From NCBI GenBank assembly GCA_017395245.1, contig JAFPVR010000091.1, forward strand, positions 17,072 through 81,071: a stretch of DNA of 64,000 nucleotides, read 5' to 3'. This DNA is from Bacteroidales bacterium (GTDB taxonomy: Bacteria > Bacteroidota > Bacteroidia > Bacteroidales > WCHB1-69). The notes below the pieces were generated by a model, which saw only the letters and a program-made list of their open reading frames with translations, was not told where the DNA came from and did not search any database. Of this stretch, positions 33,580-44,301 are shown piece after piece. The first letter of the stretch is position 1. Each line of letters starts with the position of its first letter. Made by a program: the position numbers and the translations under genes.

Positions 33580-36500
33580 ATGGCAAAGGAAGTAAATAAA
33601 AGGGTTAACGTTTGGATTAACGGCAAAGAGGTTGAAAACAACATCAAATCGATCCGTTCCGCCATGATTCATCTGACTAATCAGATGAACAAAATGGAAA
33701 TCGGGTCTGAGGAGTACATCCAAACCTCAAAGAAACTGCGGGACTTGAAAACGATTTACGATGAACATTGTAAATCGTTAAAAATGACGAATCAGGAAAT
33801 CGAGAATAACACCACCTCTTGGAAAAAGAACATCATTCATTGGGGAGCATTCTCCGCCACCGTCCAAGGAGCCTCCGCCGCAGTTCAACGCTTTATCTCT
33901 TCCACCCAGGAGTACGTCGATGCCTATGCCTCACTCGATGACGCGATGAGTGCGGTACAGAAGACCACCGGCATGACTCGCGAGGAGGTGGAACTGCTGA
34001 AAAACTCTCTGCAGAGTATCGACACCCGCACCTCTACCGAGCAGCTGCTGAAGATCGCTGAAATCGGTGGCCGTATGGGGTTGGCAAAAGAAGAAATCCG
34101 CGATTTCACCGAAGCGGTCAACAAAGCCAACGTCGCCCTGGGCGATTCCTTCCAAGGAGGAGCGGAAGAAATATCCTCCATCCTCGGCAAAATCAGTCTC
34201 GCCTACAAGGAAACCCGCGACCAGAACATAGGACAGTCGATCACCCAGATTGGCTCAGCCCTGAATGAAGTTGGCGCGTCTGCCAATGCCACTGAAGGCA
34301 ATATCGCTTCCTTCGTGCAGCGCGTTGGCAGTATGCCGGAAATGTTCCGCCCAACCGTTGAACAAGCCATCGCCCTGGGTGCCGCGTTTGAGGAAAGTTC
34401 CATCGACGCGGAAGTGGCCAGTCGCGCATTCGGCATCGTGATGATGAAAGCCTCCACCAATGTGGAAGGTTTCGCTGCCGCCATGCACCGCCCTGCGGAA
34501 GAGATCGAGGAGTTAATCAATACCAATCCCGCACAATTCTTCGTGGAGTTTGCAGAATCGCTGAACGGGCTGAAGGGCACAGAGATCGGTTCTGTACTCA
34601 AAGATCTGAAGCTGAATGCCGACGGTGTAAACAAAATCATCGGTGCAATGAGTACCAACACCGAGCGTTTCACCGAAATACTTAACACGTCAAACACAGC
34701 CTTTGCAGAGGCCATATCGCTTGACAACGAGTATGCAGTTGTTAATGAGAATGCAGCCGCCCAATTGGAGAAAGCGAAGAAGGCCGTGCTGGATGCCAAA
34801 GCGGCACTGGGAGAGGAGCTGATTCCTGTAATCACGGAGTTGACCAAGGGGACAGCGTCAAGCATCAGAGTGTTGGGTGAAGTCGTGAAGTGGATGTTGG
34901 AACACAAGAATCTGATCAAGACGTTGGCCGCGGCATACGGTTTATTGTATGCCGCACACATGAAAGAGGTCGCGGCAAAAAAGCTGTCAACGGCTTGGAC
35001 AAAAGCGGAAATGGCCGGTGAGTCTGCCGGAACAGTTGTCACCAGTCTCTTTGCGTTGGCAAAGGCAAAGCTCGCCAAAAACACTCTGGCGGCCGCCAAT
35101 GCACAAAAGGCCTTGAAAGTCGCTTTTGCAGCCACTCCATGGGGAGCTATAATCACCGCTGTTCTAACACTGGCCACCGCATTTTCTTTCTTCCGCAGCA
35201 AAACAGATGAAGCGGCTGAAGCCCAGCAAAATTTGGAGGAACAGATCACTCAGCAGTACAATGCGGAGAAAAAGAAGGTGGAAGATCTTCAGAAGATCAT
35301 TGAGAACGAAAACTCCACCCGGGACCAGAAACTGAAAGCTATCAAGGAACTGAAAAAACTCATCCCCGATTATGTTGCAGAGTTGGACAAAGAAGGCAAG
35401 GTGGTGAACAATAACAAAAACGCCATCAACGATTACCTGGTTGCACTGAAAAACAAAATTCGATACCAAAGTCTTGAAAAAGCCCTGAACGAGACCCAGA
35501 ACAAGATAGTGGAAGCCGAACTGAAAGACAAAAAAGCCAGGGATGCCTATTTTGCCCAAGGATGGGGGGCTGAAGTCTGGGATAAGACGAAATCGTTCCT
35601 ATTTGGTGGATGGTCGAAAGAAGATGTGATGAAGAATGCAGATGCGGAGCTTCAGGGATTGTACGATCTCCGGGCTGAGTACAATAAGAAGATGGAGGTA
35701 ATGGATAAGGAGTTGAAGGATAAAACGGGGAAGACCTATCGTGAACTTTACAACGACAATTTACTGTCTTCACTGGACGAGAACAATCCACCGGGTTCTG
35801 GCTCCGGCTCCGGAAATGCACCAGACAAAAAAACGATCACCGCCCGCGAAAACTTCCACAAAGAGCTCCTGCAGATGGAAAACAAAGCGCAGGCCGATAC
35901 GCTCGAAGGATGGGAGAAAACCAAGCAGGAAATTGTCAACAAATACGATGAATTGCTTACAGAGGCCGCAAAACTCTACGGCAAGGATTCCGAAGCCTTC
36001 AATAAGGTGTTACAGATGAAATCGGACGCCATCACCGCCGCCGGACAAAAGTACCTTGAAAAGTACGGAAAAACCCTTGAAGATTTTTCCCAGAAATTTC
36101 AGACCTGGCAGAAAGAGACTGCCCCGGAAGGAAAGAACGAGATGGTGGATGCCGTCATCGGCACCCGGCAGAAGTGGATCCAACGCACCAACGAGGTCTC
36201 CGCACAAATGTCAGAACTGCTCGACCTGCGTGAACAGTTCGTGAAAGACAACGTTGACACCACCTCCCTCGACGCGCTCATCAACAAGCTCGGCGATGAG
36301 ATGAACGGCATGGCCGACATGGAGGCAAAGGACATCCAGAAGACCTTGGAGAAATACCAGGCGCAGACCGACGACTTCATCAAAGCGGAACAGAAATCCA
36401 TCACCGACGCCACCCTCACTGAAACCCAGCGGCAGAAAAACGCCATCCGGGAAAGATACGAGCTGGAAATCCAGCTCGTCGAGAAGCTGAAAGCCGCCCG

Positions 36501-37527
36501 AAAAGCTGAAGAGGGCGATGATGCCGATGTGTCGGATCTGGAATCCAAAATCAAAGAACTGAGGGAACTGCTCGACAAGCAGCTTGGCAACGTTGACAAG
36601 GCAGCCGCTTCCTCCGGACAGAAATCCGTCTGGCAGCAGCTCGCCGAGTTCGACTGGAGCAAGATGAGCGAGAACTGGCAGTCCGCACTCGGACTCATGA
36701 GCCAGGGACTGCAGGAGTTCGCCAGCGTCGCCTTCGACATCTACGGCTCCATCGCCCAGATCCAGGACAATATGATGGAGGCTGAGCTTCAGCGCACCCA
36801 GGAGGCTTACGACGCTAAGGCCGCCGCCCTCCAACGCCAGCTCGACCAGGGCGTAATCTCCCAAAAGGCATACGATGCCAAGATGCAGAAGCTCACTGAA
36901 GAAAAGGAGAAGAAGGAAAAGAAACTGAAACATGAGCAATTTGCCCGGGAAAAGGCGGCCAACATCATCCAGGCCCTCATCAACGGCGCACTGGCCATCA
37001 CCAACATCTGGGCGCAATGGGCTGGCCAGCCTATCGTGGCCGCCGTGCTCACCGCCGTGGCTGCCGCCTCCAACGCTGTGCAAATTGCAGCTATCGCCAC
37101 CCAGCCTAACCCCTACGCCAAAGGCGGCTACATCCGTGGACGGCAGTACGCCGTGATGGGCGAGCAGGGCGACGAGTGGGTGGCCAGCAACAAGCTGCTG
37201 CGTGACAAAGAGGCCTCAGCTGTCATCGCTGCCCTCGACGACTACCAGAAGGGCAACCGCAACGCCCTCGCTGGCATCTCATTCGCCGGGCCCGACCCAA
37301 AAATCATGTCCCAAGCCGTCTCCGGAAACGGACGTACTTTTGCACCGTCAAACCAGACCACCAACAACTACTACCAGAACCCGGACAACTCGGAACTGCT
37401 CAAGGAGATACGGAAGATGAACGACTTTCTGCGCGACCCCAACAACCGCCGCGCCTACATCAGCCGGAAGATCCAGTTAGAATTCGACGAACAGGAGGAG
37501 GAAATCAGGTCTATGGCGAGACTATAG
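33580..37527 (+). CDS. Tail tape measure protein
   Basis: 1315 aa, alpha-helical and coiled-coil rich with hydrophobic central segments. Position upstream of the distal tail genes. Confidence 0.85.
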   Translation: MAKEVNKRVNVWINGKEVENNIKSIRSAMIHLTNQMNKMEIGSEEYIQTSKKLRDLKTIYDEHCKSLKMTNQEIENNTTSWKKNIIHWGAFSATVQGASAAVQRFISSTQEYVDAYASLDDAMSAVQKTTGMTREEVELLKNSLQSIDTRTSTEQLLKIAEIGGRMGLAKEEIRDFTEAVNKANVALGDSFQGGAEEISSILGKISLAYKETRDQNIGQSITQIGSALNEVGASANATEGNIASFVQRVGSMPEMFRPTVEQAIALGAAFEESSIDAEVASRAFGIVMMKASTNVEGFAAAMHRPAEEIEELINTNPAQFFVEFAESLNGLKGTEIGSVLKDLKLNADGVNKIIGAMSTNTERFTEILNTSNTAFAEAISLDNEYAVVNENAAAQLEKAKKAVLDAKAALGEELIPVITELTKGTASSIRVLGEVVKWMLEHKNLIKTLAAAYGLLYAAHMKEVAAKKLSTAWTKAEMAGESAGTVVTSLFALAKAKLAKNTLAAANAQKALKVAFAATPWGAIITAVLTLATAFSFFRSKTDEAAEAQQNLEEQITQQYNAEKKKVEDLQKIIENENSTRDQKLKAIKELKKLIPDYVAELDKEGKVVNNNKNAINDYLVALKNKIRYQSLEKALNETQNKIVEAELKDKKARDAYFAQGWGAEVWDKTKSFLFGGWSKEDVMKNADAELQGLYDLRAEYNKKMEVMDKELKDKTGKTYRELYNDNLLSSLDENNPPGSGSGSGNAPDKKTITARENFHKELLQMENKAQADTLEGWEKTKQEIVNKYDELLTEAAKLYGKDSEAFNKVLQMKSDAITAAGQKYLEKYGKTLEDFSQKFQTWQKETAPEGKNEMVDAVIGTRQKWIQRTNEVSAQMSELLDLREQFVKDNVDTTSLDALINKLGDEMNGMADMEAKDIQKTLEKYQAQTDDFIKAEQKSITDATLTETQRQKNAIRERYELEIQLVEKLKAARKAEEGDDADVSDLESKIKELRELLDKQLGNVDKAAASSGQKSVWQQLAEFDWSKMSENWQSALGLMSQGLQEFASVAFDIYGSIAQIQDNMMEAELQRTQEAYDAKAAALQRQLDQGVISQKAYDAKMQKLTEEKEKKEKKLKHEQFAREKAANIIQALINGALAITNIWAQWAGQPIVAAVLTAVAAASNAVQIAAIATQPNPYAKGGYIRGRQYAVMGEQGDEWVASNKLLRDKEASAVIAALDDYQKGNRNALAGISFAGPDPKIMSQAVSGNGRTFAPSNQTTNNYYQNPDNSELLKEIRKMNDFLRDPNNRRAYISRKIQLEFDEQEEEIRSMARL

Positions 37528-37533
37528 GTTTCA

Positions 37534-37568
37534 ATAACCTATAACCCATAACCAATAACCAATAACCA
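37534..37568 (+). repeat. ATAACCN heptad array C (5 units)
   Basis: ATAACCT ATAACCC ATAACCA ATAACCA ATAACCA, ending 9 nt before ATG 37578. Confidence 0.9.
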
Positions 37569-37577
37569 TTCAAGAGG

Positions 37578-39146
37578 ATGCAGATCAGGAAGAGACCATA
37601 CAAGATCGATTTCGCGGGCAACGACCCTGAATTCGTGCTGCGTACTACGCCGTGGCACCAGCAGGGGCGTTGTGTGTCGAAAACCTACCTGGTAAGTCGC
37701 CTTCCCAAGGGTTCCCTGCGGCTCAGCTATGGTGTTGGGTCGGACTACAGGGTATGGGAATGGAATGTGACGGCCAGTGCCGGTGACGCACTCTACGACA
37801 TGCTTGCCGCCCCGTCAGGAACCGCTTCTGCCATGCTTGACATCCTGGAAGGCAAACTTCTGCCAAATCCTGACCTGCGACCGTTCTTCGACATATCGGC
37901 CCATGTAGACAATGGACAGTTATACGTGAAAATCACATCAAAGGAGCCTGAATCGAAGAATCTATCCTTTGTTTATTCCGAGAACGCAAACCTTACCGCT
38001 GTAACGGTGGCCGAGGGCGTGTCGGGCATCAGCCAGAAGCCGAAACCCAACTACCGAGTGCTGGCATTCTTCGCAGGCCATGCAGCCGGACAACAATTCC
38101 GGACACCTGATATGATGTTGGAGGAGAGCAACGGCGATGTACACATCGACTGCTCCCTGCTCAACGCCTGGTTCCCGAAGCCCGACATCCCCGTGTTGGA
38201 GGAGTTCTATGAGGCGAAGGCCTGTCCGGCCGCTATACTCACCGCACGGCTCTGGTACGGTGAGATGTACGCCGACGATACGGATTCCACACCCATACTG
38301 CGCACTCTCGATCGCAGTCCTCAAGTGACGCTGCTCAACGGCAGGGTTTCCCAATATGCCGCCGACAACAACATCCCGGACTGGGTGGCCTGCAACGACG
38401 ACCACCTCCATCTGAAATCCGGAGTGGATATCCTTGGCCAGAACAACGGGGAAACTGTCATTGTGCCTTCCGGCGTGGAGCAGTACATCTACCTGTACAA
38501 CTACGGCACGGTTAACAGGACCGTGCGTGTACAGGTTCGAGCCACATTTGCCGACGGCTTCACAGACGATGGCTGGCGGGATAAGAACCTGACCATCGTG
38601 CCCGGGGTGAATCGTCTCACCGTAAGAGAGGATGATGCCGTGGCATGGACGGTAAAGATAACAAATTACACATTCCACATCACCATCACCCGCCACTACG
38701 TGGTGAAGGAATTTGAATATGGATTCCACACCTTCCTGATGCTCAACGCGCTCAACCTCTATGAGAGCTTACCCGTGGAGTTCCTTGCCAGGGAAGAGCA
38801 GACCGAAGGCGAGCGGCGCATAATCGCCGGAGTGGACAGCTACGGCACCACCGACCGTCAAACCGTCTTCACCGCCCGTTGCCTTCCTCGCAACGCCTCC
38901 GGACTGAAGCTGCTGCGTACCGCCTTCGACAAGCAGGACAACCTGCTATTGGAGGGTCAATACGCCTGGTACATTGACATGATACCCGGAAGCATCACTT
39001 TAAGTGACGAAAGCAATTTCCTGTCCGAATGTGAGTTCAAGTTCCGCTTACGCGAGAAAGTGAATCGTAAACCGCAAGTCTTTGAACTGACAGACGGACT
39101 TGACACCACATCGCAAATTCTGAAACAAGACACCGTTTTTAAATAA
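37578..39146 (+). CDS. Putative distal tail protein
   Basis: Position after the tape measure gene. Confidence 0.45.
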   Translation: MQIRKRPYKIDFAGNDPEFVLRTTPWHQQGRCVSKTYLVSRLPKGSLRLSYGVGSDYRVWEWNVTASAGDALYDMLAAPSGTASAMLDILEGKLLPNPDLRPFFDISAHVDNGQLYVKITSKEPESKNLSFVYSENANLTAVTVAEGVSGISQKPKPNYRVLAFFAGHAAGQQFRTPDMMLEESNGDVHIDCSLLNAWFPKPDIPVLEEFYEAKACPAAILTARLWYGEMYADDTDSTPILRTLDRSPQVTLLNGRVSQYAADNNIPDWVACNDDHLHLKSGVDILGQNNGETVIVPSGVEQYIYLYNYGTVNRTVRVQVRATFADGFTDDGWRDKNLTIVPGVNRLTVREDDAVAWTVKITNYTFHITITRHYVVKEFEYGFHTFLMLNALNLYESLPVEFLAREEQTEGERRIIAGVDSYGTTDRQTVFTARCLPRNASGLKLLRTAFDKQDNLLLEGQYAWYIDMIPGSITLSDESNFLSECEFKFRLREKVNRKPQVFELTDGLDTTSQILKQDTVFK

Positions 39147-39163
39147 ACCAAACACCGAACGAA

Positions 39164-39541
39164 ATGATTTCATTTTTCCTCAAAATCTGGACATTCTTGA
39201 AAAAGTATCTGAAATGGATACTTGGTGCGATAGCACTCATCATTATCATCATTGTATGGTCGGTTGCCGGCAGCAAGGGCAAGCAGCTGAAGGAGGCCGA
39301 CACGCAGATCCAGGTGCTGCAGCAGCAGGTCATCACCCAGCAGGAGCTAATCCAGAAGCTGGCGGCCATGGAAAGCGTACACTGCGAAGTGAGCCTCACG
39401 GTGAAGAACACCGCCGTGATGGGCGCGAACCATTCCGGTGCCGTCACCCAGGAGGCCGAACAGATTGCCACCTACCTGCGCGGTGAAATTCTCGAAAAAA
39501 TCATGACAGACGAAAAGGCCTCAATAACCAATAACCATTAA
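39164..39541 (+). CDS. Membrane-anchored coiled-coil protein
   Basis: TM WILGAIALIIIIIVWSV followed by a Q-rich coiled coil. Confidence 0.45.
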   Translation: MISFFLKIWTFLKKYLKWILGAIALIIIIIVWSVAGSKGKQLKEADTQIQVLQQQVITQQELIQKLAAMESVHCEVSLTVKNTAVMGANHSGAVTQEAEQIATYLRGEILEKIMTDEKASITNNH

Positions 39542-39544
39542 CCA
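39524..39544 (+). repeat. ATAACCN heptad array D (3 units, overlaps the CDS 3' end)
   Basis: ATAACCA ATAACCA TTAACCA, ending 8 nt before ATG 39553. Confidence 0.85.
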
Positions 39545-39552
39545 TTAAAACA

Positions 39553-40338
39553 ATGGCACGGATACCCTTACTACAGGTGGGCTGCACAGGGCAGGAAGTC
39601 ATCGACGCCATCAACGCGCTCATCGCCGCACATAACGACGGCGAAAGTGTCGCTGTTTTGTCGTACAACGATCTGGCCGACCTTCCGCAGATTAACGGTG
39701 TTGAGCTCAAGGGCGACAAGAGCACAGACGCACTGCTCATTGCATTGGCAGGATGTTCGGACTATGAGACGCTGATGGCCACGCTGGCCACCAAGGCTTA
39801 CGCCGACGAAATGAAGAGTGCCGCTTTGGCCGCTGCCGAAGCCACAGCCCGAAACGTCCTCGCCTACAAGCTCGACGCCGACCTGGGCAACATTGACACC
39901 ACCTCTACCATCGCCGACGGAAGCTACATCCCCGTGGTGACGGACGGCGACGTGAAGAAGGTGAAGATGGAGACCGTGTCCGCATACACCGAGCTGAAGA
40001 GCACGACCAGCCGACAGTCCTCCACAGGGCAGGGAGAGTCCTCCCAGCCGTCGGAATCGGGCGGAACAGTCCCGCAATCCACCTCCGGGGTGTTCGACGT
40101 GACCGTCACGCCCGACCTGTGGGAGGAAAACGACATCTGGCGGTATGTAGCCATCGTGCATGACGATAACGCCGCAAGGCTGCGGTCTGCTTTTGCCTCG
40201 CCCGCCTCGGAGACCCTGCAGGAATGGAGCGACAGCCCCATCTCCTTGGTGTCCATCGAGGACGGGGTGCTGGTGTTCGCCAGCCCCAAGGCCCTGCCCG
40301 CCGAATCCATCACCATGAAAGTCTATTACAAGAGATGA
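39553..40338 (+). CDS. Putative tail or baseplate protein
   Basis: Position only. Confidence 0.4.
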   Translation: MARIPLLQVGCTGQEVIDAINALIAAHNDGESVAVLSYNDLADLPQINGVELKGDKSTDALLIALAGCSDYETLMATLATKAYADEMKSAALAAAEATARNVLAYKLDADLGNIDTTSTIADGSYIPVVTDGDVKKVKMETVSAYTELKSTTSRQSSTGQGESSQPSESGGTVPQSTSGVFDVTVTPDLWEENDIWRYVAIVHDDNAARLRSAFASPASETLQEWSDSPISLVSIEDGVLVFASPKALPAESITMKVYYKR

Positions 40339-40826
40339 GCAGACTGTACATAGGCAACGGAGGACAGGAACTGTACCCGGACAAACGGTGGTACGGCACC
40401 ACGGCGTACTGGGACGCCCGCATCGGGTTCGTGCCAAAAGAGGGCCATATCATCATCTATGAAGACGCCTTCGAGGAACAGGGTGACAATGGGACGGTGG
40501 TGTACCACCCGAACATCAAGATCGGCGACGGCAACCAGTATGTGCAGGACCTGCCGTTTCTGGGCGAATATGAGAGCAGGATGCTGATGGAGCGAATCAG
40601 AGAACTGCATGAGCTCATCATGGAGAAACAGGACAAACATTACACCTACGAATGGCGCACGCTGCTCTCCACCGTGACCGTGCAGCACAACCTGCACAAA
40701 AAACCGGCCGTGACCGTGATGGACACCGCCGGCAACGAGCTGTTCTGCGACGTGTGCTACACGGACAACGACAGCGTGACTTTGACTTTTAGCGAGCCGG
40801 TACGCGGCACCGCATATTTCAATTAA
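40335..40826 (+). CDS. Putative tail protein
   Basis: ATGA-coupled ORF. Confidence 0.4.
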   Translation: MSRLYIGNGGQELYPDKRWYGTTAYWDARIGFVPKEGHIIIYEDAFEEQGDNGTVVYHPNIKIGDGNQYVQDLPFLGEYESRMLMERIRELHELIMEKQDKHYTYEWRTLLSTVTVQHNLHKKPAVTVMDTAGNELFCDVCYTDNDSVTLTFSEPVRGTAYFN

Positions 40827-40846
40827 CAACAAAAAGAACAAGAAAA

Positions 40847-42703
40847 ATGGCGAAGAAATTTTTGACGGACGTTGATCTGTCGCAAAACGAACTCCAGAAT
40901 GCGGTGATGCAGAACCTCACCACCGCCCCGCAGAACCCCAAGATGGGGCAGCTTTACTACAACACCTCCGACAAAATCATGTACCAGTGGGACGGCACCG
41001 CCTGGAAGCCGGTGGGCAACATCTACATCAACGGCAACGGCATCGTGATTTCCGCCTCCAACGTGGTGTCGGCGGATTTTGCAACCTCCGGCGAGGCCAC
41101 GGCCGGCAGCTCCACCACCAAGGTGATGTCGCCGGCACTGGTCAAGGCGGTGATCCAGACCCTCGACGTGACCGGCTTCGCGCAGGGCGTGGTGTCGGCC
41201 GACGGGGACACAATCACCATCAAGGGCCTGAAGGAGGTGGACGGCAAAGTGTCCGCCGACTCGAACAACAACCTGGTCATCAAGATAGATGCCGATCACG
41301 GCTACGATGCGACGGACAACCCGCTGGCCACTGTCGGCACGGTGGACGCGGCAAAGACAGCATCGGCTGTGACCGTGGAGGCAGGCGACGAAAGCGCGAC
41401 AAACTTCCGGTCGTACACCGTCAAGCAGGGCGGCAACACCGTGGGCACCATCAACATTCCGAAGTTCCTCGTGGTGAAAAGCGGCTCGGTGGTGACGGGT
41501 ACCTGGAGCGGCACAACGTTCAGCGAGGACGCCACGCAGCCGGGCAGCGGCACAGGCAAGGCCATCAAGCTGGTGCTCAACGACAGCGAGGATGCAGGCA
41601 CTGCGGACGACGTGCTCTATATCAATGTAGCCGACCTCGTGGATGTCTATACCGGCGGCGCTGGTATCACCATCACGGCTGGGAACGAAGTCAAGATGAA
41701 ACTCAAATCCGAAACCCCTCACACCGCATCGTCAGCCACTCCCACCAACACCGCCTCCCGACAATATCCTGTAGGCATCGACAAAGACGGTTTCCCGTCC
41801 GTCAATGTGCCCTGGACGGACACCACCTACACCCAGGAGAAACTGGGTCAAGGTTACGCAACCTGCTCCACGGCAGCAGCCACGGCGGCGAAGGAGGCTA
41901 CACTGCCGAACTATAACTTGGTCAAGGGCGGCGTGGTGGCCGTGAAATTCGAGAATGCCGTGCCCGCGAGCGCAACGTTGAACGTCAACTCCAAAGGGGC
42001 CAAGGACATCTACTTCAAGGGTGCGGCCATTACGGCGAACATCATCCAGGCAGGAGACACGGCCACGTTTATCTATGACGGATCGAAATACCATCTGCTC
42101 TCTGTTGACCGCCTCTGCCAAAAGGCTATCACCAATGTCTCATGGACGGCGGGCAGCCACGATGTGACATTGACCTTTGCCGACGGCACCACGTCTAACG
42201 TCACCATCCACCCCACGAACACGGCGTACCCGGCCTCGGGCAGCGGCGCGGCAGTGCCAACGAAGAACCAGACACCCGCATTCGGCCAGACTTTCAACGT
42301 GCCGCAGGTGGTGACAGACGATTTCGGGCACGTCACCGCCCAGAACACGCGAACAGTCACCATACCGGACGCGACGGCCACCCCGTCGGCGGACGGCCTC
42401 ATGTCGTCCGCCGACAAGGCCAAGCTCGACTCGATGACCCACATCATGCGCCGCTACGAGGTCACGAACCCCTCGCTGACGTACGACTCCGCGACGGGAA
42501 CCTGCGTGTGGCAGATTGCGGCCTCCTCGATGGGCGGCGGCGACCCGCGCCATGCGCTCTGCTCGCTGCGCGACAGTTCCGGCAATGAGGTGATTGCCGA
42601 CATGACCTTCTCGCAGCAGTACATCACCGTCACGTTCAACGCCAGCGCCACGATTGCGGCAGGGGCCTACACCGCCAACATCATCATCCCGATAGCCGCA
42701 TAG
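40847..42703 (+). CDS. Tail fibre protein
   Basis: N-terminus MAKKFLTDVDLSQNELQNAVMQNLTTAPQNPKMGQLYYNT...WDGTAWKPVG is typical of phage tail fibres. Confidence 0.6.
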   Translation: MAKKFLTDVDLSQNELQNAVMQNLTTAPQNPKMGQLYYNTSDKIMYQWDGTAWKPVGNIYINGNGIVISASNVVSADFATSGEATAGSSTTKVMSPALVKAVIQTLDVTGFAQGVVSADGDTITIKGLKEVDGKVSADSNNNLVIKIDADHGYDATDNPLATVGTVDAAKTASAVTVEAGDESATNFRSYTVKQGGNTVGTINIPKFLVVKSGSVVTGTWSGTTFSEDATQPGSGTGKAIKLVLNDSEDAGTADDVLYINVADLVDVYTGGAGITITAGNEVKMKLKSETPHTASSATPTNTASRQYPVGIDKDGFPSVNVPWTDTTYTQEKLGQGYATCSTAAATAAKEATLPNYNLVKGGVVAVKFENAVPASATLNVNSKGAKDIYFKGAAITANIIQAGDTATFIYDGSKYHLLSVDRLCQKAITNVSWTAGSHDVTLTFADGTTSNVTIHPTNTAYPASGSGAAVPTKNQTPAFGQTFNVPQVVTDDFGHVTAQNTRTVTIPDATATPSADGLMSSADKAKLDSMTHIMRRYEVTNPSLTYDSATGTCVWQIAASSMGGGDPRHALCSLRDSSGNEVIADMTFSQQYITVTFNASATIAAGAYTANIIIPIAA

Positions 42704-42705
42704 CG

Positions 42706-43359
42706 ATGAGACATCTCAACGACCAGTACTTCAGCGGAAACCAGCTCAAAGAGGTGGCCGAACCGTCCGTGGCGACGGATGCGGCCACCAAGGGCTACGT
42801 GGACGGTATTGTGGAGGGACTGGTGTCGCCGGGCGTGACGTTCTATGGCTACACCGACACGCCTGCCGCAACGGCCAACAAGGTTGTGACGCTCATTGCG
42901 CCGACGGACGGGTTTGCCAACGGAAGCAAACTGCTGCTGCACTTCAACAATGCCGTGCCTGCAGGAAACTCCAACATCATAACGGTAGCGGGCAACCAAT
43001 ATATGTTGGCATACCACCAGGCCGCCATAACAACGGCTGGCATTATAAATGCAGGGGATAAAGCTCTTATTGTATGCTTCAACAGTGTTGCCCACGTCGT
43101 CGCCATCGACCGCTGGGGCGTTGACATGTCCGCCGCGCAGGGCACGCTGCCCGCGCTGGCAGGCAATGCCGGGAGGGTCCTCGCCGTTAACAACGGCGAA
43201 ACGGGTGTCGAATGGGTGCCGATGGGCGGCAGCGGCGCGAGCCAGCTCGCCGTCACAGATGATGACAACGGCAACATCGGGCTGTCGCTCACTGGCGGTT
43301 CGCAGTCACTGTCTGTCGTGGATGACAACAACGGAAATATCACCTTAACCTTAAATTAG
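42706..43359 (+). CDS. Tail fibre-like protein
   Basis: ...LKEVAEPSVATDAATKGYVDG... collar motif. Confidence 0.55.
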   Translation: MRHLNDQYFSGNQLKEVAEPSVATDAATKGYVDGIVEGLVSPGVTFYGYTDTPAATANKVVTLIAPTDGFANGSKLLLHFNNAVPAGNSNIITVAGNQYMLAYHQAAITTAGIINAGDKALIVCFNSVAHVVAIDRWGVDMSAAQGTLPALAGNAGRVLAVNNGETGVEWVPMGGSGASQLAVTDDDNGNIGLSLTGGSQSLSVVDDNNGNITLTLN

Positions 43360-43365
43360 ACGATT

Positions 43366-43776
43366 ATGGCAAGTACTGAAATGAAAAGCCTGACGCTCGG
43401 CGGCGTGACGCGCACATTGCATGACGCGGTTGCCCGCGCCATCACCCATACAGCCAACACCACCGTCAGCACCTCGACGACCACCATCACCTTCACGGCG
43501 GACCAACGGTGCTCGAAAATGATCACCGTCAGTGCGGACCTCGGTGTCACATTCGCCGTGAACAACACCACCGACAACTACCTGTGGATAAAGAACACGG
43601 GCAGCGCGGAGGTGGACATCACCGTCAGCGCGGTCACGTCGAGCGGCAACAATGTGGCCAACGTATATATGCCGGCCGACGGCATCAGCATCCCTGCAGG
43701 GAAAGTAGTGGAAATCGGCATCATTGTGAACGCCGACGGTGCGTTCATCACATCAAGAAACGATTTAGCATTGTAA
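43366..43776 (+). CDS. Hypothetical tail-associated protein
   Basis: ORF only. Confidence 0.4.
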   Translation: MASTEMKSLTLGGVTRTLHDAVARAITHTANTTVSTSTTTITFTADQRCSKMITVSADLGVTFAVNNTTDNYLWIKNTGSAEVDITVSAVTSSGNNVANVYMPADGISIPAGKVVEIGIIVNADGAFITSRNDLAL

Positions 43777-43779
43777 GCA

Positions 43780-44301
43780 ATGGCAAAGACAACAGACAAC
43801 GAGCAATACTACTATTTCAAGATGCGGATCGGAAAGCCGTACGAAATCAAGGCCACGCCCATCCACATCAACACGGTCATCAACCGCATCTATGTGGAGA
43901 TGACTGCCGCGCAGCAGGCCTTCTATTTGGAGAACCCCACGGCCACGGTGCAGGAGGTGTGGAACTGCGCACTTACACCGCCGTATACGCCGCCGGCCCC
44001 CGACGTGGCGGAATACGCGGCGCGGAAGGTGGAAGAGCTGCGGGAGGCGTGCCACAGCGCCGTGGGAGTCACGACACTGGAATTCGCCATGGCCATCGAC
44101 AAAGTTGAGAATCCCACGGCAAGCTGCTACTACGGCCTTGCCGATGCGCAGCGTGTTGTCAGCGCCTTCCGCGCCCAGAGCAAGGCCGCGATGGCGGTGC
44201 TCGACACGTACCGCCCGCAGATTGAGGCGGCGGCGAGTGTGGCGGCAGTGGATGCGCTGCTCGCGGCGGCGAGGGCCGCGCTGGAAGGAGGTGCGGCATG
44301 A
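43780..44301 (+). CDS. Hypothetical tail-associated protein
   Basis: ORF only. Confidence 0.4.
   Translation: MAKTTDNEQYYYFKMRIGKPYEIKATPIHINTVINRIYVEMTAAQQAFYLENPTATVQEVWNCALTPPYTPPAPDVAEYAARKVEELREACHSAVGVTTLEFAMAIDKVENPTASCYYGLADAQRVVSAFRAQSKAAMAVLDTYRPQIEAAASVAAVDALLAAARAALEGGAA

Noticed and set aside
34203-35249. 348-aa minus-strand ORF, plus other antisense ORFs across 33.9-37.1 kb
   Set aside because: These are antisense to the tape measure gene, which is continuous over 1315 codons. They are Ser/Ala-rich shadow frames.
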